NCBI GenBank assembly: GCA_005889275.1
Contig: VBFI01000044.1
Location: forward strand, 22,509 to 86,508
DNA: 64,000 nt
Direction: 5' to 3'
DNA from: Chloroflexota bacterium
GTDB taxonomy: Bacteria; Chloroflexota; Limnocylindria; P2-11E
Of the stretch, positions 25,096 through 34,119 are shown in pieces (within the stretch, counting starts at the first letter, position 1; each line of letters opens with the position of its first letter). Under the pieces are notes generated by a model. The model had not been told where the DNA came from. It saw only the letters and a list, made by a program, of their open reading frames with translations, and did not search any database. A program made the translations under genes and the position numbers.

Positions 25096-26271
25096 CTACC
25101 GCGGCGGTGAGAAGCTGAAGAGCGCTCCCTCGTTGGGATTCTGGTCCTGCGTATAGATCACGTCGTTCGCCTCGTCGTACGCGACCCCATGCGCCCCGAC
25201 CGCGGTCGGGATATTCGTCACGAACGCGATCGGATTGCCCTTGAAGATCGACATGACTCCACCGCGATTGAAGTTCGAGGCGGCGAAGAAGAAGCGGTCG
25301 GCCTTCGCACTGTAGAAGACGCCGTCGCCAGCACCAGTCTGGTCGAACGTCGTCAGGACTTTCCCGCCGGCGAGGTCCCAGGAGACGGCGATTGGCACGG
25401 CTCTCGCGCTGCAGCCGAGAAGCGCCTGATTCGTCGTCGGGTTGATGGCGAGCCCGTTCGGGCTGCACTTCGCGACGACGTCGTACTTCTGGACCATGGT
25501 GTCCTTCGTCGGGTCGAACTTGAACACGGCGTTCTGCACGGAGCTCGTCATGTACATCATGCCGTCGGCTGAGTCGTAGCGCGGCTGCTCGAGGCCCTCG
25601 CCCAGGTTGTCGAACTTCTTGACGATCGCGTTCGTCGACGCGTCGATGACCGTGACGATGCCGTCGTCGCTGTTCGCGATGTAGATCTTCTTGTCCTTCG
25701 AGTCGTAGTCGAGCTCGTCGGCACGCATCTTCCCGCCGGTGCTGACCTTCGCGATCACCGTGTCCGTCGTTGACGACCCCGGCGCGATGTCGATGATGGC
25801 GACGTTGCTGTCGTTCAGCCCCGCGAAGATCTTGTTCACGTTCTTCGCGACGACGACGCCGTTCGGACCGCTGCCCGTCGCGATCGTCTTCACGTACTTC
25901 GCGCAGGAGGTCGCGACGTCGAACACGTCGATCCCGTTGTCGGTGCGGTCCGTCACGTAGAGGCGATGCGCGGCCTGGTCGATCTCCATGATGTCGATCG
26001 AGGCGGTCTTGCCGGCGATCGGCGGGATGGGGATCTTCGCGACCGCGAGGAGCGTCGTGTTCGCGGCGATCGCGGGAAGCAGCGTGGGCGCCGGTGTCCC
26101 CGCGCTCGGCGCGGGCGCGGTCACCGGTCCGAGCGTCGGACACGGCGACGCGGTCGGGGCGGGCGTCGCAGAGGCCGCGACCGGGGTCGCGGTCGGCGTC
26201 GTCGCGGCGGGAGCGTTCGCGGCGCACGATACGATCACGAGCGACGCCGCGAGAAGGCTCACCCCACGCAC
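25096..26271 (-). CDS. YVTN-family beta-propeller repeat lipoprotein
   Basis: Signal with lipobox (LLAASLVIVSC). Repeated YVTDRTDNGIDVFD / IYIANSDDGIVTVID beta-propeller blades. GTG 26271. The overlapping 513-aa ORF is an artefact. Confidence 0.7.
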   Translation of the reverse strand: MRGVSLLAASLVIVSCAANAPAATTPTATPVAASATPAPTASPCPTLGPVTAPAPSAGTPAPTLLPAIAANTTLLAVAKIPIPPIAGKTASIDIMEIDQAAHRLYVTDRTDNGIDVFDVATSCAKYVKTIATGSGPNGVVVAKNVNKIFAGLNDSNVAIIDIAPGSSTTDTVIAKVSTGGKMRADELDYDSKDKKIYIANSDDGIVTVIDASTNAIVKKFDNLGEGLEQPRYDSADGMMYMTSSVQNAVFKFDPTKDTMVQKYDVVAKCSPNGLAINPTTNQALLGCSARAVPIAVSWDLAGGKVLTTFDQTGAGDGVFYSAKADRFFFAASNFNRGGVMSIFKGNPIAFVTNIPTAVGAHGVAYDEANDVIYTQDQNPNEGALFSFSPPR

Positions 26272-26324
26272 GCGCGAGAGTGTGGGGCACGCCAGGCGAG
26301 CGACCGGTTGCAGATTTGCGCGGC

Positions 26325-27995
26325 TCAGCTCCCCCGACGATGGATCACCCGGCCGCCCAGGATCGTCATGTCGACCTCCGTCGAGGCGATGTCTCGGGCG
26401 CCCAGCGGCAGGATGTCGCGCGAGAGGACCACGAGGTCGGCGAGCTTGCCCAGGGCGATGCTTCCCCTTTGGTCCTCCTCGTACGACGCGTACGCCGGAT
26501 TGATCGTGTACGCGGCGATGGCCTCCTCGACCGTGAGCGCCTCTTCGGGATGCCATGCACGCTCGACCGCGAGCGCGATGTTCTGCAGTGGCGCGAGCGG
26601 GGTGGCGCGCTGCTCGTTGAAGCTCCCGGGCCAGTCCGACACCAGGTCGAGCCGCGCGCCGGCGTCGCGGAGCGAGCGCCAGGCGTGCGCGGTCTTCGCG
26701 CGCTCCGGTCCCAGGCGCCGCTCGACCGTCCGCATGTCGTTCACGAGGTGCTGCGGGGTGACGTCGACGATGAGCCCGAGCTTCCCGATGCGCTCGATCT
26801 CGCGAGCGCTCGGGTACCAGGCGTGGATCACGCGGAAGCGGCGGTCACGCGGCGGATTGGCGCGGATCGCGGCCTCGTACCAGTCGAGAAGGAGCCGGTG
26901 CGCCTTGTCGCCGATGGTGTGCACGACCGGATCGAAGCCGGCGGCGTCCGCGCCCGCGATGTCCGCGGCCATCGTCTCCTCGTCGACGAAACGGAAGGTG
27001 AACGAACCGGCGTAGTCGGGCTCATTCGCGTACGGGGCGTCCATGAGGAATCCATCGATGAACGCCTTGAGGCCGCCGAAGCGGATGCGGCCCTCGTCCG
27101 TCCGCGGGCGAACGCCACATGCGAGCACGTCTCGCCACACCGCGAGCGTCAGGAACGCGTAGACACGCATCGTGAGCCGGCCCCGCCGCTGCAGCTCGCG
27201 GAAGAGCGCGAGGTCGGTCGCGCTCCGTTCGACGTCGGTGTGGAACAGGTGCCGTCGCGAAACCTCGTCGAGCCGGGTCACGTCGTGGATCCCGGTGATC
27301 CCCGCGCGGCGCAGCTCCTCGAGCGCCGACTCCGCCCCCGCGACCATGAGCTCGAGATTCGCCGGCGGCATGAGCTCGGCCATCCGCTCCCCCGCACGCC
27401 CGAGGAGGATGCCAGTCGGCATACCGTCGGCATCGCGCCGGATCTCGCCGCCCCGAGGGTCAGGTGCGCGCCGGTCGAGACGGGCGCGGGCGAGCGCGAG
27501 CGAGTTCGCGACGTAGGCGCCGTCGACGCGGCGCAGCAGGATCGGGTGATCGGGGGCCACGGCATCGAGGCGCCGTCGGTCGATCGGCATCGGCGCGGGC
27601 CGTGGCGCCCCTTTCTCGTCGGCGGCCCACGCCGCGGCGGCATCGAGATCGCCGCCCGTGAGCCACAGGCCTTTCGGTACCCGACGCGCCGACGTCGCGA
27701 TCTTCTCGAGCACCGCGTCGGCGTCGCGCTCCTCGTAGAGGCCGACGCGGAAGGTCCAAGCCGCGGCGTTGCCGAAGTGCGTGTGCGCGTCGATGAACCC
27801 GGGAAGCGCCAGGCGGCCGGCCAGCTCGACGACCTCGGTCCGCGGTCCGGCGAGGGGCCGGAGATCCTCGTCGGTACCCACGGCGACGATGCGCTCGCCG
27901 CGGACCGCCACCGCCCGCGCCTCGGGCCGTCGTGGGTCGACGGTCCATACGCGGCCTCCGCGCAGGATGAGGTCGGCCGGTTCGGCCGTGCTCAG
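26325..27995 (-). CDS. amidohydrolase-family (Amidohydro_3, metal-dependent TIM-barrel) hydrolase
   Basis: PGFIDAHTHF, HTIGDKA and C-terminal ALGKLADLVVL motifs. The conserved N-terminus (AEPADLILRGGRVWTVDP) extends upstream of the first GTG (27911). The likely start is CTG 27995, overlapping the upstream stop (CTGA). Confidence 0.75.
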   Translation of the reverse strand: MSTAEPADLILRGGRVWTVDPRRPEARAVAVRGERIVAVGTDEDLRPLAGPRTEVVELAGRLALPGFIDAHTHFGNAAAWTFRVGLYEERDADAVLEKIATSARRVPKGLWLTGGDLDAAAAWAADEKGAPRPAPMPIDRRRLDAVAPDHPILLRRVDGAYVANSLALARARLDRRAPDPRGGEIRRDADGMPTGILLGRAGERMAELMPPANLELMVAGAESALEELRRAGITGIHDVTRLDEVSRRHLFHTDVERSATDLALFRELQRRGRLTMRVYAFLTLAVWRDVLACGVRPRTDEGRIRFGGLKAFIDGFLMDAPYANEPDYAGSFTFRFVDEETMAADIAGADAAGFDPVVHTIGDKAHRLLLDWYEAAIRANPPRDRRFRVIHAWYPSAREIERIGKLGLIVDVTPQHLVNDMRTVERRLGPERAKTAHAWRSLRDAGARLDLVSDWPGSFNEQRATPLAPLQNIALAVERAWHPEEALTVEEAIAAYTINPAYASYEEDQRGSIALGKLADLVVLSRDILPLGARDIASTEVDMTILGGRVIHRRGS

Positions 27996-28222
27996 CCGGC
28001 GCGGCGCCGCGCGTTGCGGCCGGCGCGATAGAGGTTCGCGAGCACGAGCGCCAGCACGAGCGCGAGCAGCACCCAGCCGGCGTTCTCGCTCAGGACGTCG
28101 GTGCCCGAGTGCGCGATGACCCAGGTGAGCGCGAGCGCCAGGATCGCTCCGATCGCGAGCTGCCCGTCGTCGACGAGGAGCCCGTAGGTGTTGTCCCAGA
28201 TCGCGCGGAAGACGCTAGACAT
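27992..28222 (-). CDS. small two-TM membrane protein (76 aa)
   Basis: MSSVFRAIWDNTYGLLVDDGQLAIGAILALALTWVIAH...AGWVLLALVLALVLANLY is low in Arg and hydrophobic. It overlaps the upstream membrane gene by 8 nt. Confidence 0.55.
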   Translation of the reverse strand: MSSVFRAIWDNTYGLLVDDGQLAIGAILALALTWVIAHSGTDVLSENAGWVLLALVLALVLANLYRAGRNARRRAG

Positions 28223-28982
28223 TCCGCGCCTCCACCCGCGCGCCCTGCGGGAGCAGGCCGCCCAGCATGCGGACCGCGATCCAGCTCGCGAGGAGGAACG
28301 ACCCGAGGATCACCGGGATCGAGGCCGCGTCACCGGGCCATGCCGCGCCGACGCCCTCACCGAACCAGAAGATCCCGAAGCTCGAGAGCATCGCGCCGAC
28401 GCCGAACTTCATCCAGTTCTCGGGCACCGCGGTCAGGGGCGCGCGGAGCGCCGAGGCGAGCGCGATGACGATGATCCCCGCGGCGATCGCGCCCAGGATC
28501 GCGGCGTTCATCGCGCCGACGCCTTTCGCGCCGAACGCGATGACGATGAACGCGACCTCGGTCCCTTCGAGGAGGACCGCCTTGTAGGCCACGATCATCC
28601 CGATCCAGTCCCAGCGGTTTCGGCGAAGCCCCTGCGCCCTGAGCTCAGCGACCTCGCGGCGGTAGATCTCCTCCTCGTCGTGGACGGCGACGATCCCGGC
28701 GAAACGGAGGACGGCCTTGCGGAGCCAGCGCAGACCGAAGAGGAGAAGGAGCGTCCCGACGATGCCGAGGAGGAGGTGCTCCGGGACGACCGTGACGAGC
28801 GCCACCCCGAGGGTCGCGACGATGAGCGCGAGCGTGAGCGTGGCGAGCGCGGTGCCGACGAGCGGCGCGCGCCAGCCCCTGGTGATGCCCACCGCGAGCA
28901 CGATCGTCGTCGCCTCGACGAACTCGACCGCGCTCGCCAGGAACGACGGGGTCGCGGCGATCGCGACCGTCGCAAGGTCCAT
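28215..28982 (-). CDS. polytopic membrane protein with an internal two-fold repeat (possible cation transporter)
   Basis: 255 aa and about 7 TM segments. Two repeat units begin AVEFVEATTIVLAVG and LLEGTEVAFIVIAFG. ATG 28982 lies immediately after the SBP stop (TAGATG). Confidence 0.6.
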   Translation of the reverse strand: MDLATVAIAATPSFLASAVEFVEATTIVLAVGITRGWRAPLVGTALATLTLALIVATLGVALVTVVPEHLLLGIVGTLLLLFGLRWLRKAVLRFAGIVAVHDEEEIYRREVAELRAQGLRRNRWDWIGMIVAYKAVLLEGTEVAFIVIAFGAKGVGAMNAAILGAIAAGIIVIALASALRAPLTAVPENWMKFGVGAMLSSFGIFWFGEGVGAAWPGDAASIPVILGSFLLASWIAVRMLGGLLPQGARVEARNV

Positions 28983-30623
28983 CTAACCCTCCACCCAGGC
29001 GTCGTTCATGGCCGTGCCGGTGAGACCGTCCGGTCCGGGTTTGAAGTCGTGCACCTTCGTCGCCATCGCTTCGACGCGGACTTGGCTCATGACCCCGACG
29101 AACGGCAGGATCTCCATGACCCGCTTCTGCGCATCGACGTACGTTTGCTTGCGCTCCGGCGTGTTCAGATCCTGTCCCTGTCCCTTTACGAGGAGCGCAT
29201 CGAGCTGCGGGTCGTTCGTGTTCGAGAAGTTGCTGCCCGAGACACGGTTCGCCGAGTGATAGCAGACCCGCAGGACGCCGTCCGGGTCGATGCTCGTCGA
29301 CGACGTCGCCGCCATGTTGTGCTTGTACGCGCGGACGTAGTCGAGATACGGGCCGCGCTCCATCACCTGGACCTTGAGATCGATCCCGACGTCGCGAAGC
29401 TGCGACTGCATCGCCTGTGCGATCTCGGTCCAGGGGCTGCGGAAGGTCGCGAGCGCGATCTCGAGATTCTGGCCGTTCTTCTGCCGGATCGGACCCGAGC
29501 CCTGCTTCCATCCGGCGTCGTCGAGGAGTTTCTTCGCCTTCGCCGGGTCGAACGTGAAGGTCTTCTCGATCGTGTCGTCGCGCGCCCAGACGCCTTCCGA
29601 GAGCGGACCGACCGACACGTGGTGGACGCCGAAGAAGATCTTTTCGACGATCGACTTCCGGTCGACGGCCCAGTTCGCCGCCTCGCGGACCGCGTGGTCG
29701 TCGGTCGGCGCCCGCGCGACGTTCATGCTGAACCCGAGCGTGTGGCTCGCGCGCGGCGACATCACGAACCGGAAGCGCTTGTCGTCCTTGAGCCGCGCGT
29801 AGTCCGCCTCGGGGATCTCGTCGATGAAGAGGTTCTCGCCGCTCTCGAGCGTCGCGACGCGCGTGGAGGGCTCGGTGATCGCGCGGAACTTCAGCTGGTC
29901 GAGGTACGGCGCGGCGCGGTTCTTGAAGAGCTCGTTCCCCCAGTTGTAGTCGGGGTAGGCCTTCAGCGTGACGACGCCGTCCGGCGACCTGCCCGCGAAC
30001 ATGAACGGGCCCGAGCCCACCGGCTCCGTCGCGACGTCGCCGGGCTTGAGCGTCGCGAGGTACTTCGGCGAGAGGACGCCGAAGAAGTACCGCCAGATCT
30101 GGAGCATGAACGCGGCATAGGGCTGCTTGAAGCTGAAGACGACCGTCTTGTCATCCGGTGTGGTGATCTTGTCGATCGGGCCGACCAGCGAAACGACGGC
30201 GCCCGCCTTCGTCTTCGGATCGAGGATCCGTTCGAACGAGCCTTTGACGGCCGCCGAGGTGAGCGCGCTGCCGTCGTGGAATTTCACCCCGTCTCGGAGC
30301 GTGAAGGTGAACGTCTTCGACGAGTCGGTGATCGTCCACTTCGCGGCAAGCGCCGGGTAGAACTTCTGGTCGCTGTCCATGGTGATGAGCGTGTCGAGGA
30401 TGTTCTGGGCGATCTCGCCGGCCGCGGCGCCGGTCGTGAGCGCGGGATCGATCACGTCGATCTTGTCCCACTGCCCCCAGGTGACCGTCCCGCCCTTCGT
30501 CGGCTTCAGCGACGCCGATGCGGTCGGCGCGGTGGCCGCCGGTGCGCACGCGAAGATCGCGACACTCGCCGCCGCAAGGGCCGAGCGCCGCAGGAACTCG
30601 CGACGGTACATCTGCTCGTTCAT
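28983..30623 (-). CDS. ABC-type substrate-binding protein, family 5 (DppA/OppA-like), Tat signal
   Basis: MNEQMYRREFLRRSALAAASVAIFA is a twin-arginine signal, followed by an SBP_bac_5 fold. ATG 30623 overlaps the aminotransferase stop (ATGA). GGGGGAG Shine-Dalgarno upstream. Confidence 0.85.
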   Translation of the reverse strand: MNEQMYRREFLRRSALAAASVAIFACAPAATAPTASASLKPTKGGTVTWGQWDKIDVIDPALTTGAAAGEIAQNILDTLITMDSDQKFYPALAAKWTITDSSKTFTFTLRDGVKFHDGSALTSAAVKGSFERILDPKTKAGAVVSLVGPIDKITTPDDKTVVFSFKQPYAAFMLQIWRYFFGVLSPKYLATLKPGDVATEPVGSGPFMFAGRSPDGVVTLKAYPDYNWGNELFKNRAAPYLDQLKFRAITEPSTRVATLESGENLFIDEIPEADYARLKDDKRFRFVMSPRASHTLGFSMNVARAPTDDHAVREAANWAVDRKSIVEKIFFGVHHVSVGPLSEGVWARDDTIEKTFTFDPAKAKKLLDDAGWKQGSGPIRQKNGQNLEIALATFRSPWTEIAQAMQSQLRDVGIDLKVQVMERGPYLDYVRAYKHNMAATSSTSIDPDGVLRVCYHSANRVSGSNFSNTNDPQLDALLVKGQGQDLNTPERKQTYVDAQKRVMEILPFVGVMSQVRVEAMATKVHDFKPGPDGLTGTAMNDAWVEG

Positions 30624-31981
30624 CGTGAGGCTCCCCCACCCGTGGTCGTGATCGCGAGCGACGCGTCGAGGATGTCCAGCCCTTCGTCGAGCTGCGCGTC
30701 CGAGATCGTGAGCGGCACGAGCGTGCGGATGACGTTCGAGTAGAGGCCTGCGCGCAGCAGGATCAGCCCGCGCTCGCAGGCCGTACGGATGGTCGCGTCT
30801 ACGGTTGCCGGGTCGGGCTTCTTCGTGGTGCGGTCGCGGACGAGCTCGATCGCGCGCATCGCGCCGAGCCCGCGGACGTCGCCGATCACCTCGTGCCGCG
30901 TCGCCATCTCGGCGAAGCGCTCGCCGATGACGCCGCCGATCCGCGACGCCCGCTCCAGCAGCCCGTCGCGCTCGATGATCTCGATCGTCTTGATCGCCGC
31001 GGCGCAGGCCACCGGGTGCCCGCCGAACGTGCTGCCGAGCGATCCGGGGCCGAGCGCGTCGAAGAGCTCGGCGCGGCCGGTGACCGCCCCGATGGGGAAA
31101 CCCGCGCCGAGCGACTTCGAGGTGATGAGAAGGTCGGGCGTCACGCCCGAGTGCTCGATCGCGAACATCTTGCCCGTGCGCCCCATGCCGGTCTGGATCT
31201 CGTCGGCGATGAAGAGGATGCCGTGGCGGCGGCAGATGGCCGCGATCCGCTTCAGGAATCGCGCCGGCGGGACGACGAACCCTCCCTCGCCCTGGACCGG
31301 CTCGACGATCACGGCGGCGACGTGCTCGGGCGCGAGGTTCGTCTCGAGGACCTGCTCGAACAGGCGCACGTGGAGCTCGCCGAGCTCATCGTCGCCGACC
31401 TCGGCGATCGGCCGGTAGGGATACGGGTAGGGCACGTGCGCGACGTTCGGGGTCGTGGAGCGCATGAACGCCATCCGCGAGCTCTTCGTCTTGCCGGTCG
31501 CGGTCATCGCCGTGTACGTGCGTCCGTGGAAGCTGTTCTGGAAGGCGATGACCCACTCGCGGCCGGTCGCGACGCGGGCGATCTTGATCGCGTTCTCGAC
31601 CGCTTCGGCGCCACTGTTCGCGAAGACGCTCTTCGTCGCGACCGCGGTGCCCCCGCTCTTCGGGTAGATCCGGTCGAGCTCCTGCGCGAGCCGCACGTAC
31701 GGCTCGTAGGTCACGACCTGCGCCGACACGTGCGCGTATCGCTCGAGCTGCTCGCGCACCGCTCCGATGACCTCGGGATGCTGATGCCCGAGGTTCAGCG
31801 CGCCGATGCCCGCGACGAAGTCGAGATAGCGGCGGCCCTCCGGGTCGAACAGCTCGGCGCCGGACGCCCTGGCCACGACGACCGGGGTCCCGACGTGCAG
31901 CCCCTTCGGGACGAATCGCTCCCGCAGCTCCCGGACCTCCGCCGTGCCGGATCCACTCCGAGTTTCGATGAGCGTGCTCAC
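30620..31981 (-). CDS. gabT: class-III PLP aminotransferase (4-aminobutyrate/omega-aminotransferase-like)
   Basis: FDPEGRRYLDF...NSGAEAVENAIKIAR...EPVQGEGGF...DEIQTGMGRTGKMFA...TSKSLGAGFP matches GabT. GTG 31981 overlaps the RpiR stop (GTGA). Confidence 0.85.
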   Translation of the reverse strand: MSTLIETRSGSGTAEVRELRERFVPKGLHVGTPVVVARASGAELFDPEGRRYLDFVAGIGALNLGHQHPEVIGAVREQLERYAHVSAQVVTYEPYVRLAQELDRIYPKSGGTAVATKSVFANSGAEAVENAIKIARVATGREWVIAFQNSFHGRTYTAMTATGKTKSSRMAFMRSTTPNVAHVPYPYPYRPIAEVGDDELGELHVRLFEQVLETNLAPEHVAAVIVEPVQGEGGFVVPPARFLKRIAAICRRHGILFIADEIQTGMGRTGKMFAIEHSGVTPDLLITSKSLGAGFPIGAVTGRAELFDALGPGSLGSTFGGHPVACAAAIKTIEIIERDGLLERASRIGGVIGERFAEMATRHEVIGDVRGLGAMRAIELVRDRTTKKPDPATVDATIRTACERGLILLRAGLYSNVIRTLVPLTISDAQLDEGLDILDASLAITTTGGGASR

Positions 31982-32901
31982 GCCACTTCCCCTTTCGTCC
32001 GCTCGTCGATCCGAGCGCGCAATTCCTGAAGCTCCTCGGCGGCGGCCAGCGCGCCGGCGCGATCGCGACGGGCCAGCCCGAAGAGAAGCGCGTCCAGGAC
32101 GACGACCGTGATCGCCGACAGATGGAACATGCCGCCCCCCGCCCGGCGCGCCGAGAGCGCCACCGTGAACTGGCCCGCGAGCGCGAGACCGAGCGTGTCG
32201 GTGATGAGGAGCGAAGGAAGCGCGAGCTCCCGGGCACGCTCCAGCGTGAGCTCCGCCTCGGGGCTCGAGCGGTCGTAGGCCAGGACGACGACGACGTCGC
32301 CGCGGCGCATGTCGATGAGCACGTCCGCGAGCGCCTGGCCGCGCGCACCGACGGAGAGCGCCGAGCGCCGCATGCGCCGGAGCCGGGCCGCGAAGTATTC
32401 GGCGAGCGGCGCGTTCGGGCCGAGTCCCTGCACGACGACTCGCTGCGCGCCGGCCATGAGCTCGAGCGCTCGCGCGAAATCGGTCGCCCGGAGGGTCTCG
32501 CGCGCGTCATGGAGCAGCTGCAGCTCGGTGGCGAGGACGTGCTCCAGCACCGCGGCTGGATCATCGCCCAGGTCCTCAAGGCTGCGGCCCAGGCGGAGCG
32601 TCGGCGTGGCCCGGGTGCGCAGCGCCTCACGCAGCTCGGCCTTGAGCGCGGGCAGTCCGGTGTAGCCGAGCGACTGCGCCGCGCGGATGACCGTCGCATC
32701 GCTCATGTCCAGCCGCGCGGCGATCTCGACCGCCGAGAGGAACATGACCTCCTCGCGATGCTGCGCGAAGAAGGTGGCGACGCGATCCTCGGCCGGACTG
32801 AGGCTCGCGCGCGCCGCGGCGATCCGCTCCTCGAGCGATGGCTCGGCGACCTCCGCCCGGCGGGCATGCCCGTGGCCCTGCGCGGCCTCAGTAGCGTTCA
32901 C
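31978..32901 (-). CDS. RpiR/MurR-family transcriptional regulator (HTH_6 plus SIS domain)
   Basis: LSPAEDRVATFFAQH...VEIAARLDMSDATVIRAAQSLGYTG is the HTH. The SIS region is QRVVVQGLGPNAPLAEYFAARL. GTG 32901. The upstream part of the tracked 702-aa ORF is junk. Confidence 0.75.
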   Translation of the reverse strand: MNATEAAQGHGHARRAEVAEPSLEERIAAARASLSPAEDRVATFFAQHREEVMFLSAVEIAARLDMSDATVIRAAQSLGYTGLPALKAELREALRTRATPTLRLGRSLEDLGDDPAAVLEHVLATELQLLHDARETLRATDFARALELMAGAQRVVVQGLGPNAPLAEYFAARLRRMRRSALSVGARGQALADVLIDMRRGDVVVVLAYDRSSPEAELTLERARELALPSLLITDTLGLALAGQFTVALSARRAGGGMFHLSAITVVVLDALLFGLARRDRAGALAAAEELQELRARIDERTKGEVA

Positions 32902-32964
32902 TTCAGCACCGAGTGCAGACTGTAGTGTATGCTGCGAGACGATTTCAACTGGGGCGGTGAGGCG

Positions 32965-34119
32965 ATGGCAGCAGCGGAGCTCACCACGATCGAGATCAGC
33001 GGCTCGCGCGGTGAGCTGGGTCGGCAGCATGGCGAGGCCGCCCGGAGCCAGATCGGCGAGTCGATCGGCTACTACCGCGAGTCGTTCAAACGCATCACCG
33101 GCCTGGAATGGGCCGAGATCCGCCGGAACGCCCCGCGCTGGGTGCAGCCCATCGACGCGTACCTGCCGGGGATCACCGACGAGATCCGCGGTATCGCCGA
33201 AGGCGCGGGCGTCGACTTCGCCGAGATCCTCGCGCTCAACGCGCGCGGCGAGCTGTCGACGCACAACCCCTTCGCCGAAGCGGCCGAGGAGGGCTGCTCC
33301 TCGTACGCGATCTTGCCCGAGGCCTCCGGCGACGGACACGTGTACTGCGGCCAGAACTGGGACTGGCGCTGCGAGACCTTCGGGACGGTGATCCTCCTGC
33401 GCATCGTTCAGCCGGGCCGGCCGACCATCATCATGCAGACAGAAGCCGGTCAGGTCGGGCGTCACGGCGCGAACTCGGCGGGCATCGCGCTCAACGCGAA
33501 CGGCCTCGGTGCCCGCTGGGGCAAGGGCATCGGCGTTCCCCAGCCGATCATCCGCCGCAGGATCCTGGAGGCGCCGGAGATGCAGACCGCGCTCCGCGCC
33601 GTCTTCGACTCCCGCCAGTCGCTCTCCACGAACCTCCTGGTGACCCACCGCGACGGCTTCGCCATCGATCTCGAGACGACGCCTGACCGCCATGGCTGGA
33701 TGTACCCGACGGCCGGCCTCCTCGTGCATACCAATCACTTCATCGCGTTCGTGCCCGAGCAGATCGCGGCGACCTATCGGCCCTTCTCGGTGAATTCGCT
33801 CTGGCGCCTTCCCCGGCTCACCGAGGGGCTGCGCGCGGCGAAGAGGCCCGGCGACAGCGCGGAGGTCCGTGGCGCGATCGGGGCCGCCCTCCGCGATCAC
33901 TTCGGCTATCCGAACTCGGTCTGCAAGCACGGCGACGAGGCATCTCAGGGGACGGACCTCAATCAGACGATCGCCTCGAGCATCGTCGATCTCACGACCG
34001 GCGAGTATTGGCTGGCGGCGGGGAATCCGTGCGAGGGCGAATATCGGAAGCTGCCCTGGAACATCTACGACGAAGCGGGAGCGCATCCGCGACAGGTGGC
34101 CACTGCCGGTCGGGCGTGA
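32965..34119 (+). CDS. peptidase C45 / acyl-CoA:6-aminopenicillanic-acid acyltransferase-family Ntn-hydrolase
   Basis: The autoproteolytic Gly-Cys site is EEGCSSYAIL...CGQNWDW. ATG 32965 with GGTGAGG Shine-Dalgarno. Divergent from the RpiR gene. Confidence 0.7.
   Translation: MAAAELTTIEISGSRGELGRQHGEAARSQIGESIGYYRESFKRITGLEWAEIRRNAPRWVQPIDAYLPGITDEIRGIAEGAGVDFAEILALNARGELSTHNPFAEAAEEGCSSYAILPEASGDGHVYCGQNWDWRCETFGTVILLRIVQPGRPTIIMQTEAGQVGRHGANSAGIALNANGLGARWGKGIGVPQPIIRRRILEAPEMQTALRAVFDSRQSLSTNLLVTHRDGFAIDLETTPDRHGWMYPTAGLLVHTNHFIAFVPEQIAATYRPFSVNSLWRLPRLTEGLRAAKRPGDSAEVRGAIGAALRDHFGYPNSVCKHGDEASQGTDLNQTIASSIVDLTTGEYWLAAGNPCEGEYRKLPWNIYDEAGAHPRQVATAGRA

Noticed and set aside
24749-26290. 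513-aa minus-strand ORF
   Set aside because: Composition is DRRR/HRHG low-complexity. It overlaps the YVTN lipoprotein, which has a coherent signal peptide and beta-propeller repeats.
28188-30743. 851-aa plus-strand ORF
   Set aside because: About 25% Arg/Asp/Glu. It lies antisense to the SBP, the membrane protein and gabT, all of which have clear homology.
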